Of a stretch of DNA of 64,000 nt, positions 39,626-53,622 are shown piece by piece. The notes beneath the pieces were generated by a model, which saw nothing but the letters and a program-made list of their open reading frames with translations, was not told the origin of the DNA and did no database searches. Numbering within the stretch: the stretch's first letter is position 1; the number at the start of each line of letters is the position of its first letter. This stretch comes from Octopus vulgaris (lineage: Eukaryota), in assembly GCA_951406725.2 (NCBI GenBank), contig OX597815.1, forward strand, positions 4,774,001 through 4,838,000, read 5' to 3'. The position numbers were made by a program, and so were the translations under genes.

Positions 39626-41578
39626 CATCTGCTACCTCCCCCCCTCTCCCACATAACAGCACCATCATCACTTCATCAACCACCACTTCATCATAAACAC
39701 CCATCCTCCTCCTCCTCATCATCATCATCATCTCAGTCATCACAAACAAAATCCTCATCACAACCATTTATTTTCTTTTTCTTCTTTTCCTTTTACTTCT
39801 GTCTTTTATTGATTCTTTTTCAATTATTATTAACATCATCACCATCACCACCACCATCACCATCATCATCATCATCACTGTCATCATTATTTTATTCAGG
39901 CAGCTAAATTCTAATATCAGCATTAAAATTAATCTAATGTTATGAACAAAACAGATTTTTTTTTCTAAATATATAATTTGAAGGAAACGATGGCTAAAAA
40001 AAACCCCAAAAAAACCCCAAAAAAACCCCAAAAAAACCCCCACAAATAACAATAAAAAGACACACACACAAACAAATGAAGCATAATTTCTAAACTGAAA
40101 AAAAAAAAGTCTAAAAAAAAAAAAACCCATCCCCCCTCCACCTAAAAAAAAAAAACCGATGCAAAACAAGGCAACGTGCAAGAGGGACCTATTGTTGGTT
40201 CAAACAAAAGAAAGGTAGTTTTACTGGTTTCCTTGTTTGACCGAGTCTCAAGTGCTGATAATATATCACAGTTTCTGCTTTCATATTGCATTTTCTGTTT
40301 GACCAGAACCTGTGATAACAACAAGGTGCAGGAGTGGCTGTGTGGTAAGTAGCTTGCCTACCAACCACATGGTTCCGGGTTCAGTCCCACTGCGTGGCAC
40401 CTTGGGCAAGTGTCTTCTGCTATAGCCCCGGGCCGACCAATGCCTTGTGTGTGGATTTGGCAGACGGAAACTGAAAGAAGCCTGTCGTATATATGTGTAT
40501 ATATATATATATATATATGTGTGTCTGTGTTTGTCCCCCTAGCATTGCTTGACAACCGATGCTGGTGTGTTTACGTCCCCGTCACTTAGCGGTTCGGCAA
40601 AAGAGATCGATAGAATAAGTACTGGTCTTACAAAGAATAAGTCCCGGGGTCGATTTGCTCGATTAAAAGGCGGTGCTCCAGCATGGCCGCAGTCAAAATG
40701 ACTGAAACAAGTAAAAGAGTAAAGAGAGAGTAACAGACTTGATGTAGTTAGTTTAGGGAAGGTGTGTGTGTGTGTGTGTGTGTGTCTCAGAGCTGCTAAA
40801 TAGTGGAAACTGCTATTGTGTGTCCTTAGGAGGCTAAGGACATACAATAGGGGGCACTCCTTGTTAAGGGAAGCTAACACATAATGTCCTCTGGAAGGAC
40901 ACCAACGTACAGTGTCCCCTTGTAGAACACTTCTTGCTAGGAGACACTAATGCATCATGACTTCACCAACAGGACACTAAAAACACAGTGTCCCCTACTT
41001 GGACATGCCAGGCTCAAGAACACTAAAACTGAAAAAAAAGCCTTCCACATATCATCATCATCATCATTGTTTAACATCCGTTTTCCATGCTGGCATGGGT
41101 TGGATGGTTCGACCGGGGTCTGTGAAGCCGGAAGGCTGCATCAGGCCCAGTCAGATCTGGCAGTGTTTCTACAGCTGGATGCCCTTCCTAATGCCAACCA
41201 CTCCGTGAGTGTATTGGGTGCCTTTTACGTGCCAGGGGAGGCTGGCAACGGCCACGATCGGTTGGTGCTTTTGACATGCCTGATGTCACACATTCAGCTT
41301 CGTTTCTCTCTAGCTTTTGCATGTCCTCTGCATTCTCACTGCCATGATACCCATGCATCATACAATCTTCCCTTCGCTTGGAGTGAGTGAGGCCTTCAGT
41401 TGCCGACAGAGGTAAAAGTTCTTATTCATATCCTAGCAATTACACTTTCTGTACAACATCCTTCACAGCTAATTAGGACACCTGGGTTGCAACAATGATC
41501 TACAACTTCCAGAGAACCACTGCAACATCTGAGGAAATCAGTTTCCTCTGTATTGGTGGTTCTTATGGTTCCTATACA

Positions 41579-41609
<31 letters not shown>

Positions 41610-43632
41610 ATTCTTGTTTGGAACAGTGGATCCCTGAAGCACCTAAAGCTACAATTAATAGCATAAATATTAGGTCGAAAACCCTTTTGGGCAGAGAAAT
41701 CCAAAAGATTGCTTTGGTCCAGTGGTAAAACACTTGTCATGTTTACAGTTGATGTGGCAACCTTTGAGTTTTTTTCTATCCAAAGGGGTTTTTAATCCAG
41801 CAGTCCTGGAAATGGTCATGCTCGGATGGTGCTTTTAACGTTCCACTGCCATGAGTGCCAATCAGGCGGTACTGTCATTGGCCACGTCAAAATCAAAATC
41901 GCTGGCATGGCCAATGATAGTACTGCCTGATTGGCACTTGTGCCAGAGGAACATTAAAAGTACCATACAAGTGTGACCATTACCAGGGCCACTGACTGGC
42001 TCCCATGTTGGTGGCACGTAAAATGCACCATTCAAGCATGATCGTTGCCAGCATCGCCTTGCTGGTACATGTGCCGGTAGCATGTCAAAAACAACATTTG
42101 AGCATGATCATTGCCAGTGCTGCTGGACTGGCTCCCGCGCAGGTGTAAAAAACACCTTTTGAGCACGGTTGTTGCCAGTAATGCCTGACTAGTCCTCGTT
42201 CCAGTGGCATGTAAAAGTACCCATTACACTCTCAAAGTGGTTGGCGTCAGGAAGGGCTTCTGGTTGTGGAAACTTTGCTAGATCAGATTGGAGCCTGGTA
42301 TGGCCTCCTGGCTTGCCAGTCCCCAGTCAAACTGTCCACTCCATGCCATCATGGAAAGCGGACTTTAAATGACGATGATGATGATACATGCTATTATTTA
42401 CAGCTTTATTTGCTTCAAGCCCCACTGTTTCCAAAAGAATTATTTCATTTTCAAAAGTTTATAAATTCTTATGACATCAAAAATATATATAGATATGATT
42501 GATTTTATGTATGTATGTATATATATATATATTTGTGTGTGGGTAAGTGTCTGTGTAGGCGTGTGTGTATATATATTTGTGTGTGTAGATGTGTGTATAT
42601 ATGCTTGTGTCACCTTTTCTTGGCATTGTGTGATTGTTGTAAATGAGTTTCGTTTTCTTACAAGAATCAGTGTCATTCATTTGCAATCTTCAATGAAAAC
42701 ATGTCTGGCCATGGGACATATTACGTTGGATGGAAACAGGTCAGGGTTGGTGACAGGAAGGGCACCCAACCAGAGACAAATCTGCTTCAATAAACTCCAT
42801 CTGACTCATGCAAGCACGGAAAAGTGGACGTGAAACGATGACAACGATGGTGATGATAATGACGGCGACAAATGTTTGTTAAATAAATTATTCACATTAC
42901 GGTTTAAAATCAGAGAATATTTCACTCCATAAACCATGATAGGCCATGTTTGAAGTATCAGTTTAATAAATATTTCATTAAAGAAATTCTGTAGACTCAA
43001 TGAACTGCGAGGCGTAATTAAATGAGATTGAGAAGGAAAATAAAAAAAACTACCAATCTGCATGCATATCACAAGAGCTTTTTCTTAATTAATGAACAAT
43101 TCTTGTAAAATTAGGTCATTTAATTAATTGCTATTTTGTGAAAGTCAATCAATACATATACATAGTTAAAGTGTGGGATGTTAGTAATAATGGTTTCAAA
43201 TTTTGGTACAAGGCCGGCAATTTTGGGGGAGGGGGGTGGAGTTAGTCGATAACATTGACCCCCAGTGTACAACTGGTACTTATTTTATTGACTCCAAAGA
43301 GACAAAAAAAAAAAAAAAAACGTCGACCTCAGCAGAATTTGAACTCAGAACATAAGGACAAACGAAATGCTGTTTAGCATTTTGCCTGGCACCGAAATGG
43401 TTCTGCCAACTCGCCAGTTTACTACTCTCTTTACTCTTTTACTTGTTTCAGTCATTTGACAGTGGCCATGCTGGAGCACCACCTTTAGTCAATCAAATCG
43501 ACCCCAGGACTTATTCTTTGCATGCCTAGTACTTATTCTATCGGTCTCTTTTGCCGAACCACTAAGTTACGGGGACGTAAACACACCAGCATCAGTTGTC
43601 AAGCGATGTTGGAGGGACAAACACAGACACAC

Positions 43633-43686
<54 letters not shown>

Positions 43687-45497
43687 AAAAAATTCAGGGT
43701 GAATACTTGATAATTGTAAGTACCTGTATATGACATTTAGTGGTGTAGGTGATAGAGTATATTCATCAAAATAAAAACACGATGCAAATGATTTAGCGGC
43801 TTTTACATGTTTCGGGCCTTTATTAGACGGTTTATAACAATGCATAATTGATGTAAATGTGTGTCTATAGCCTTCTTCAGCCACGTACAATTACTACTTC
43901 AAGGACATGTATTACATTATAAGTTTTACGTTGGGGATGCAAATCCTCATAGTCGCGTACGACAGAGCGAGGCACCAAAACAAAATCGAAGCGTCCATCC
44001 CGTTTTTCACCACTACCTTCATCATCATCATCATCATCATGACTGAAAAAAGCAAAAAAAATAAAAATACAAGAGGTATGTAACCCCACTCCCCACAAGT
44101 CTATGTGAAACATCATCCAGCTATTATGGGATGCCCTGGTTCATCTGATTCATCATTCCTTCTTCCAGTCCCAGCCAAACTGACACAACACACCTTTGCT
44201 TCTCCCAAACTCCATACTAAACATTCCATCCAATCCTTCTTTCCCTGGAACTCCCACTGCCTACATTTTTTCCCTCCAGGCATCAAACTAAACACCAGCT
44301 CAATCAACTTAAGACCTGCAAAACTACAGCCTCTCCCTACTTCCTCAGGTAATCATCATCATCATCATCATCATCATCGTTTAATGTCATCATCGTTTCG
44401 TCCGCTTTCCATGCAAGCATGGGTTGGATGATTTGACTGAGGGCTGGTGAACCAGATGGCTGCCCCAGACTCCAATCTTGATCTGGCAGAGTTTCTACAG
44501 CTGGATGCCCTTCCGAATGCCAACCACTCCGAGAGAGTAGAAAATAATAATATTTTTAAAAAGTGGCAAAGAGAAAGACTTTAATGCTCCCCTCCCCCAC
44601 ACTCTAACCAAATGCACAACAAAAGCCATTGCAAGTACCGCGGGGGACAATATGCTCCCTACTTAACTGAGAAGTATACAGTTCATCCAAAATTGTTCGA
44701 TGGTTTGGCAGGAGCTGGTAAGCTTGGGGGCCACACCAGAGTTCATTGTCTGTTTTGGATTGGTTTCTGCAGTTGGATGCCCTTTCTAATGTCAACCATT
44801 TGGCAGAGTGGACTGGGTGTGTTTTACGTAGCCCCAACACCAGGGTTTTTCTGCATGGCACCAGCACCAACTGAACAATTATGTAGAGCCCAACTAGCCA
44901 GCTGCCCTAGTCAAGTGAACTTTTTGTTTAAAACAACTGAGAAAAAGAATAATTATGGGCAACAGATTTGAAACCAGTCACATCTCTACTCCGGTCATAA
45001 TTACCATTTATACCAGTAATTAAGGTGCACTTAGTAATTTTTATATATGTCTAAGTGGCAATCTTAAAAAGTTGGGGGTTTTTGAGCAAATACAGAGACC
45101 AACAATCCTGTACTTATGCAAACTACAATCGGTAAGAGGAACAATATAGATATGCAAGATTTTTCCAAAGTTTAATATAGTTCTACATTCATCATCTTTG
45201 TTATCTAAATTCCAGCGATGGGACTTTGTTTCTTTGCTTGAAATGGTTTCTTTCTTTGAAGGAAGCATTTGAATAATTAGAAAGGACACATGCCGAGAAA
45301 GAAAAAAGAAAAACACACACACACACACTCTCCATCAGTCATGACGATGAGGGCTCCAGTGGATCTGATCAATGGGATAGCATGTTCATGAAATTAATGT
45401 ATAAGTGGCTGAATACGCCACAGACATCAAGTCTCCATAGAGATTCAACATGAAATAGAATGTGACAAGACTGGCTCTTTAAAATACAGATACAACT

Positions 45498-46077
45498 TTA
45501 TTTACATTATTTACATTATTTACATTTGACGGATATTTGTCCTCATCTTGTTTGTTGTTAACACAACATTTCGGCTGATATACCCTCCAGCCTTCATCAG
45601 GTGTCTTGGGGAAATTTCTAACCCGGAGTTCTCATTCCTAAGGTATTTTATGATTTGTTGATTATTATTATTATTATTATTCAGGTCACTGCCTGGAATC
45701 AAACTTGGAATTTTGGGGTTAGTAGCCTGTGCTCTTAACCACTACACCTTAAGCCCATATGGTGTAGTGGTCAAGAGTGCGGGCTACTAACCCCAAGATT
45801 CCGAGTTTGATTCCAGGCAGTTACCTGAATAATAATAATAATGATGATGATGATGATGGTGGTGGTGGTGATGGTGATGATGATGATGATGATGATGATA
45901 ATGATGTCAAAAAATAGCTTAGGAATGAGAACCCAGGTTCAAAATTTCCCCAAGACACCTGATGAAGGCTGGAGAGTATATCAGCCGAAATGTTGTGTTA
46001 ACAACAAACAAGATGAGGACAAATATCCGTTAAATGTAAATAATGTAAATAATTCCTCATCTCTTAAATACAGAACA
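45498..46077. mobile_element. Head-to-head inverted dimer of family T (tRNA head, (AAT)n, hammerhead, tail)
   Basis: Minus copy 45498-45748 (HHR 45560-45605) and plus copy 45758-46077 (HHR 45954-45999). A box TGGTGTAGTGG; B box GAGTTTGATTCC. Confidence 0.85.
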
Positions 46078-46364
46078 GGTACAACTCATTTTTGCCATTG
46101 TGGACTGGTGCAACATCAAATAAGGTGTCTTGTACAAGACTGCCAGGAATCGAAATCACAACCTTATGATTGTGAGCCGAACGTCTCTAACCACTAAGCC
46201 ACGTGCCTTCACTCACACACACGCACACTTAAAACCATGTGTACTGACATACTTTAATATATAGACATATACAAATATACATAATTAAACACACGTTTTT
46301 AAATGTACACACACAACTATACATATCGTCATACATACATATATATATATACATATGCATACAT

Positions 46365-46760
46365 ACATAAATATACACACACACCTATACATATACAGTC
46401 ATACATACATACATATATGTGCATACATAACTACATAAATATACACACACACCTATACATATACAGTCATACATACATATATGTGCATACATAACTACAT
46501 AAATATACACACACACCTATACATATACAGTCATACATACATATATGTGCATACATAACTACATTATACACACACACCTATACATATACAGTCATACATA
46601 CATATATATATGTGCATACATAACTACATTATACACACACACCTATACATATACAGTCATACATAAATACATATATGTGCATACATAACTACATAAGTAT
46701 ACACACACACCTATACATATACAGTCATGCATACATACATACATATATGTGCATACATAC
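46365..46760. repeat. Minisatellite, ~56-62 bp unit, about 6 copies
   Basis: Repeated CACACACCTATACATATACAGTCATACATACATATATGTGCATACATAACTACATAAATATA. Confidence 0.9.
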
Positions 46761-49664
46761 CTTACATGCATATGTAATATATACATAGATACACCTTACA
46801 GCTAATTAGGAAATTCTAATTACAAGCCGTTAATGCAACTTGAAAAAGTGTTCTACATTCTACATTGCTGACGTTTAGCCTGTAACATGTATATTTACAC
46901 ATGTATAGACAGAAAGATGTGTGTTTTTTACACATAAGTCAAGACATAAATTCACACGCTTACAGATGTCCATAGATTTATGTGTTTCTCTTGTTGCAGT
47001 TCAATTTTTAAAGTTAGTGTTCAATCCTGCCTATGTCTAGATTGAATACTGCAGTACATAGGGTCAATGTGCTTGAAAGTTGTGGGGTTTGTTTTTTGAT
47101 GTTTGCTCCCAAACAACACCTCTTTTAGTGCTGTTGATACCACCAGATTGAATGGTACTGCCCAGGTGTGTCAAAACCATAATGATATCTGTGGGGCAGC
47201 TGATGATGGAGGTATGTTGGATTGTTAGTATGGCTGTTTTTGTATATGTCGAATAGTGTTATAACATTCTTTTGATACATACATGCTTACACGTTATACT
47301 TTCATGTGTGCAAAATGCATACATACACATACACACACACACACATACATCACTAAGATCATAAATCTATGTTCATACTAATAATGACTGGTACTTGTGG
47401 TTTTGTGACTAAATGCCTAAATGAGAATCTGATTGAGCTGAGATCTACAGAAAAAGAAAGCAGTCAACTAACTCGCACATTACAAATACAGTCTGTAAGT
47501 GGAACTGTAAAGATATGCAAGACATTTTTAGATGTGTTGAGGGCTAGACAACCTCTTTAGTGTTGGTGCCCCTTAAACATACAGCCAGTCCACTCTGTAA
47601 TGTTGATGGTGTTAGGCAAAGCATTCAGCTGTAGAATGTATGTGAGTGAAAGAAAGGGGTGGAGAGAGGGAGGGGAGGAAGAGAGAGAGAGAGAGGGGTG
47701 AGGGAGAGAGAGTGATAGATAGACAAAGACAGGGAGTGAAAAATGATGAAGTGGGCAAGAAGGATTTTCACTAGAAACGCCTGGCTGTACCAGAAGTAGA
47801 TCTTTAGATATCAGGAAAGCAAATTCGATTGCTTAGAATGATACAAAATGGTAAGATAAAAATCAAAACAAAAAAAAATGCTAAGTAAATTGTGGTTTGT
47901 GATTAAGTAGAGCAGATGCAGGCCCAGGGTGGGAGATAAAAGTGAGAAAATCTTAGTGAAGAAGAGAGCAATGACTGAAGTAGCTGAACATAAAAACAGA
48001 ATGCAATTAATTTAATTAATTAATGTATCTATAATTAAATTAATTAGTATATCTGTAATTAAATTAATTAAGCTATCATTTCATAAATAAGCAAAGGAGT
48101 TCAGACTCGTCTTATTAAATAAGTTATTTACTTTCGGTATTTGTGGACCAAAATTATTGATGTTGAAGTCTGATGATATGAGAGTCCATGTCTATGGTGC
48201 AAAGGCACCAAACTAAATTGGTTTTCATTCTTACCTAGCAGCAGTTGTACAGGTGATAACAGGTGATGCAAAAGAGACAATCTAATTGAAATTGTACAGA
48301 CATAACTAGAAAGCCAATAATCAGGTTCAAACCAAATCAATATGCTATTACGGTTGTTGGTGTTTAGCCCCTGGACAGACCTAATTGGACAGACTTATGA
48401 TTATCAGTGGTGGACATTACCACCATCCTATAATTTCATATATCAGTGACCACATTATCAAATGTGTCTGGCCATCTTTAAAGACAGTAGGGTGTGATTT
48501 GAGGGGCTGCTATTTCTAGCTGGTTGTATGACCATGTGGAGGTTACTTTTCCTTGGCTCCAAGTCAGCTTATTGAATTTGTCTGTTTATTCACCAAACTT
48601 CCTGGTTCTGTTTTTCAGGAAACTGAAGAATATACACGAACACAATACAGGGCAAATATTGGAATAACTTCAGCCATTCCAGCCATTGTCCTGTGTGCCA
48701 AACTAACAGGCATGGAACACAGTTTTTTTATCTTTCTCTTTTACTTGTTTCAGGCATTAGACTGTGGCCATGCTGGGGCAAAAGCTTGAGGAATTTTAAC
48801 TGAATGAACTGACCCTAGTTCTTCCTTTTTTTTTTTTTGGTAAAGCCTGGTACTTAGTCTACCCAGTGTCTCTTACTGAACTGTTGAATGTAAACACACC
48901 AACACTGGTTTCAAGTAGTGGGAAGGGACAGACAAAGACAAAGACACATGTTGGGGCCGTTCAAGAATTTGGACCTGGAGATCTCCATTTCCAACGACTT
49001 CGTAGGCCACCTCCCAGTGGTGTCGGGCGTCAACGAAGAGCCCTCGACTACAACAAGAGGACCAAAGTTTTTTTTTTCCCAAGGTCTGGGGGTCTCCCGC
49101 CCCTAAGCCCTAGATCATCACCTAATCACCCTTACCCGTCTTGTTGCTTAACAACAACAACAACACATGATGGGCTTCTTTCAGTTTCCGTCTACCAAGT
49201 CAACTCACAAGGCTTTGGTCAGCCTGGGACGATAGTAGAAGACTTTGCCCAAGGTACCGTGTAGTGGGATCGAACCTGAAACCATGTGGTTGGGAAGCAA
49301 GCTGCTTACCACATAGCCACTTCACAAGGACTGCCCCACCTACTGAGGAAGAAGGGGCAGCCATTACAGCTCTGTCCCGACTACAACCAACCAAGGTCCA
49401 ATAACTGACATAGAATTATCTCATTCTTATTCGCTTCAACATGCATTCCAATGGCTCTTCTAACGGCCACGTGCTAATTACGGGAGCTTCTTCTGCGTGG
49501 CACCTTAGCCAGGTAGAAATAGATGTCAAATCTCTCTCAAATCACACGCTAACATTGTAAATAAGGAAAGGACACTTTAAGATAACATCATCCACGATAA
49601 CCCTACACATATAAAGATGGCTACATCTGGTACAATCAGTGTTGAGCTGGGGTTAAAGCTGCTA

Positions 49665-49929
49665 GAAGCCCAAAGAATCCCTCTCAACACATGGCTATGA
49701 TGCTCCCCCACTACTTCTGCTCGTGATCAGAGATGCACATATCGTCAGCCACCAAGGGACATGCTCAACTGGTTAAGGTCAAACAACTGACAAGCAAATC
49801 TGTGGTATTGAGCAGAATATTTGCTGTGGCCCATCTTTTATACCAAGACAAATCAATGTACATGATAACACTTCCAATCAGTTAAGATCAGAAGCCATGA
49901 GAGCCATTGCCTGGTACTGCATCAGGGCA

Positions 49930-49960
<31 letters not shown>

Positions 49961-49973
49961 GTTATTATTATTA

Positions 49974-50032
<59 letters not shown>

Positions 50033-50063
50033 GTTATTGTTATTATTATTATTATTATTATTA
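49665..50063 (+). mobile_element. Non-LTR retroelement 3' end with long (TTA)n tail
   Basis: Non-repetitive-looking block ending abruptly in ~130 bp of (TTA)n; family not identified. Confidence 0.45.
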
Positions 50064-50399
50064 TAACTGTGGCTGAAAGGACTGAGGAAAGACACCTTCC
50101 CTTTCACTCAAGTTCTCATCGACGTTTTAAAGTTTCAAATGGAAAGGAGAGTGAGGGGATGGGGGAGAGGGAAGTGTTACGTCCCAGTGAATTTGTGAAA
50201 AGATGGGTGACTGTGGCAAAAATGGCTAGAGCGGATGGTTTTACTCTAAGTATGCGCTTGTAGATTGGAGAGCAGGAGAGAGGACTCGTGCCTTTGGTGA
50301 GCAGGGTGATCCTGGATCTGTGGGGTTCCTTGATTGGACCTAGTCAGAGCTCCTCCTGTGTCAGGAGGACTACATCACTCGTGCACTTTACAGAATTTC

Positions 50400-50835
50400 T
50401 ATACGATGTAGAACTTTCAGCACATTTCTCTATCTTTTCCATTTCTTTTTCCTCCATCTTACAAACAATAACTCTGAGCACCTTTTCAACCTCCACCTGT
50501 CTCACACCTGTGGACATGTTTACAAAGTCAGAAAACAGCACAGCTCCTTCCATGACTTTCGGAAACATTTTTTCATGCCAAGAGTTCCTGAAGTATGGAA
50601 CAAACTGCCAGCATCATTTGTTACTTGTCGGAGCACTGCATCCTTCAAAACTTCCATGCTTCCTGAGATTCGCCAACACTACACCTGATCTTTCTCCCCT
50701 CCATACACACGCAAGCATGGATCTGACTCATACACTGTTCACTTCCCAGACATTTGTACATTACTGCATATGCTTTATATGCACTTTTGACAAGTTGTGG
50801 TGCACCTGAGCACTGTATACAATATTTTCATTAAA
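50400..50835 (+). mobile_element. CR1/L2-type LINE 3' fragment
   Basis: SHTCGHVYKVRKQHSS then HDFRKHFFMPRVPEVWNKLPASFVTCRSTASFKTSM matches the TRGH..FF..RV...WN.LP..FK end of CR1-group ORF2; frameshifted. Confidence 0.75.
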
Positions 50836-51586
50836 TGGCTTCTGTGCCGGTGGCACGTAAAAAGCACCATCCAAACGTGGCCGATGCCAGCGCCGCCTTG
50901 ACTGGCTTCCGTGCCGGTAGCACGTAAAAAGCACCGACCAATCGTGGCCAGTGCCAGACTCCCCTGGCACCTGTGCCGGTGGCACGTAAAAAGCACCCAC
51001 TACACTCACAGAGTGGTTGGCGTTAGGAAGGGCATCCAGCTGTAGAAACACTGCCAGATCAGACTGGAGCCTGGTACAGCCTCCTGGCTTCCCAGACACC
51101 AGTCAAACTGTCCAACCCATGCTAGCATGGAAAACGGACATTAAAGGATGATGATGATATCTTTTCAGTAAATCCTCACACAGATTGTTGTCGGTCCTTG
51201 TGATGTCCCCCTCATCCATGCCCCTGTGGCCAATAAAAGAAAATATTATTATTATCATTATTATCATCGATGTTTCTTCTGTCCATCTTCTGGTTAATCA
51301 CAGCAAGAAAGCTGTTAATTATTGCAGCTAATCAGAACGGTGAGGATCCTTGCAATCAATAACCACATAATTTATTTACCAAGCCCAAACATGGCCATCT
51401 GGTTTGGGCCGTTTACATGCAAACGTGTCAAGAATAAAAGACCTATGGATTTGTATGTGTGTGTGTGTGTGTGAGTGTGTGTGTGAGTGTGAGTGTGTGT
51501 GTGTGTGTGTGTGTATGCATATGTGTGCATGCATATGTCTATATACGTATAAGCATATAAGTCTACAAATATATACATATATCCTT

Positions 51587-51623
<37 letters not shown>

Positions 51624-51646
51624 CATATATATGCTCACACACATAT

Positions 51647-51681
<35 letters not shown>

Positions 51682-51766
51682 CATACACACACACATATAT
51701 GCACATACATGTATATATATATATACACACACATATATACATACGCATGCACATATATACACACAC

Positions 51767-51818
<52 letters not shown>

Positions 51819-53622
51819 GTGTATATATATATGTGTATATATATATATACATACACACACACACATATATATACACATACATATATAAACATACATATAT
51901 ACTATATACACACATATACATACACATACACACACTCACATACACACGCACACATACACACACACCTAAGGATGTATGTATCCTTACATACACACTTACA
52001 TAGACACACACATTTGCCTGCTGTACAAATCTATAAAAGTAAAGAACACATACACACGCGTACATATCTGGTTACACACACATATACACACGCATCCATA
52101 AATATAAAGAAAGTGATATACACATGCAAATGTACACACGTGTGCGTACACGTGTTTCACAACCTGATTTTGAGCAACAGGTGTATATGGCAGCAGAGTG
52201 TAGAGTATATATACACATCTGGCTCAGGGTTAGGGTTTATCATCATTTTAATCTTTAATCTTTAATCTTTTATCTTTAATCTTTTATCTTTTACTTGCTT
52301 CAGTCATTAGACTGTGGCCATGCTGGGGCACCACCTTGAAGAATTTTTAGCCAGATGAATCAACCCCCAGGACTTATTTTATTGTTCGCTTTTGCCGAAC
52401 TGCTAAGTTGTAGAGACGTAAGCACATCAACAATGGAAAAACAGAGAGACAACGCACACACACATATATAGCAGGCTTCTTCCAGTTTCCGTCTACCAAA
52501 TCCACTCTCAAGGATTTGGTCTGCCTGAGGCTATAGTAAAAGACACTTGCCCAAGGTGCCATGCAGTGGGACTGAACCCGGAACCACGTGGTTGTGAAGC
52601 AAACTTCTTACCACACAGCCACACTCGTGTTCTCCTTCTCATGCTTGCATGGGTCATTCGGAGTTTGTTGAAACAGATTCTCTACAGCTGGATGCCCTTG
52701 CTGTTGCCAACCCTCTCCTGTTCCCCTAGCAGGGTAATAATCATCCTCCTGACCGGATGTGTTCTCACAGAAGACTAGAAATGAAAGACACTCGTTTACC
52801 ACACACACACACACACACACACTCACACACGATGTACTTTTTTCAGTTTCCATTGACAAAATCCAGCCACAAGACTTTCGGTTGACCTGCACCTGTATTA
52901 GAAGACACTTGCTCAATATGCCATGCAGTGGGATTGAACCTAAAACAATGTGGTTGGAAAGTAAGCTTCTTAACCCTCCATCCATGCCTGCCTACCTGAC
53001 TGGGGTATGTCAACTGTGTGAGTTTCTGGCAAACGGAAATTTTAAAATCCTCATCATCATCATCATCATCGTTTAACGTCCGTTTTCCATGCTGGCATGG
53101 GTTGGACGGTTCAACTGGGGTCTGGGAAGCCAGGAGGCTGCGCCAGGCCCAGTCCAATCTGGCAGTGTTTCTACAGCTGGATGCCCTTCCTAACACCAAC
53201 CACTCCGAGAGTGTAGTGGGTGCTTTTTATGTGCCACCTGCACAGGTGCCAGACGAGGCTGGCAAACGACCACAATCGGATGGTGCTTTTTCGTGCCACC
53301 GGCAAGGAGGCCAGTTGGGGTGGCGCTGAAAATAACAAAAATTCCCAAAATACAGTGATACCTCAGCAGTTTCAGTTTAATTCGTTCCTTGACTGAGCTC
53401 TTCTCATGACTTACTCGTTTTACAAATCAATTTTCCCCCATTGAAATTAACTAAAATATAATTAATCCATTCCAGCCCCTAAAACCCACTCAAAATATCT
53501 TTTTATGGGTTTTAAAACAGAAAAGGTGTAGTTACAGGTAAAATGACTATTATAAAAAAAGAGAATGCAAAATAAATATGTAAACTGGTTTTATTAACTG
53601 AATTACCTGAAAGATGGGACGA

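Noticed and set aside
45041-45328. 95-aa minus ORF in unique-looking sequence
   Set aside because: Starts in a (GT)n tract, has no recognisable motif and no convincing splice sites.
45758-45830. tRNA gene
   Set aside because: A and B boxes are present, but the acceptor stem and cloverleaf are not intact; it is the head of a repeated element, as are the other SINE heads.
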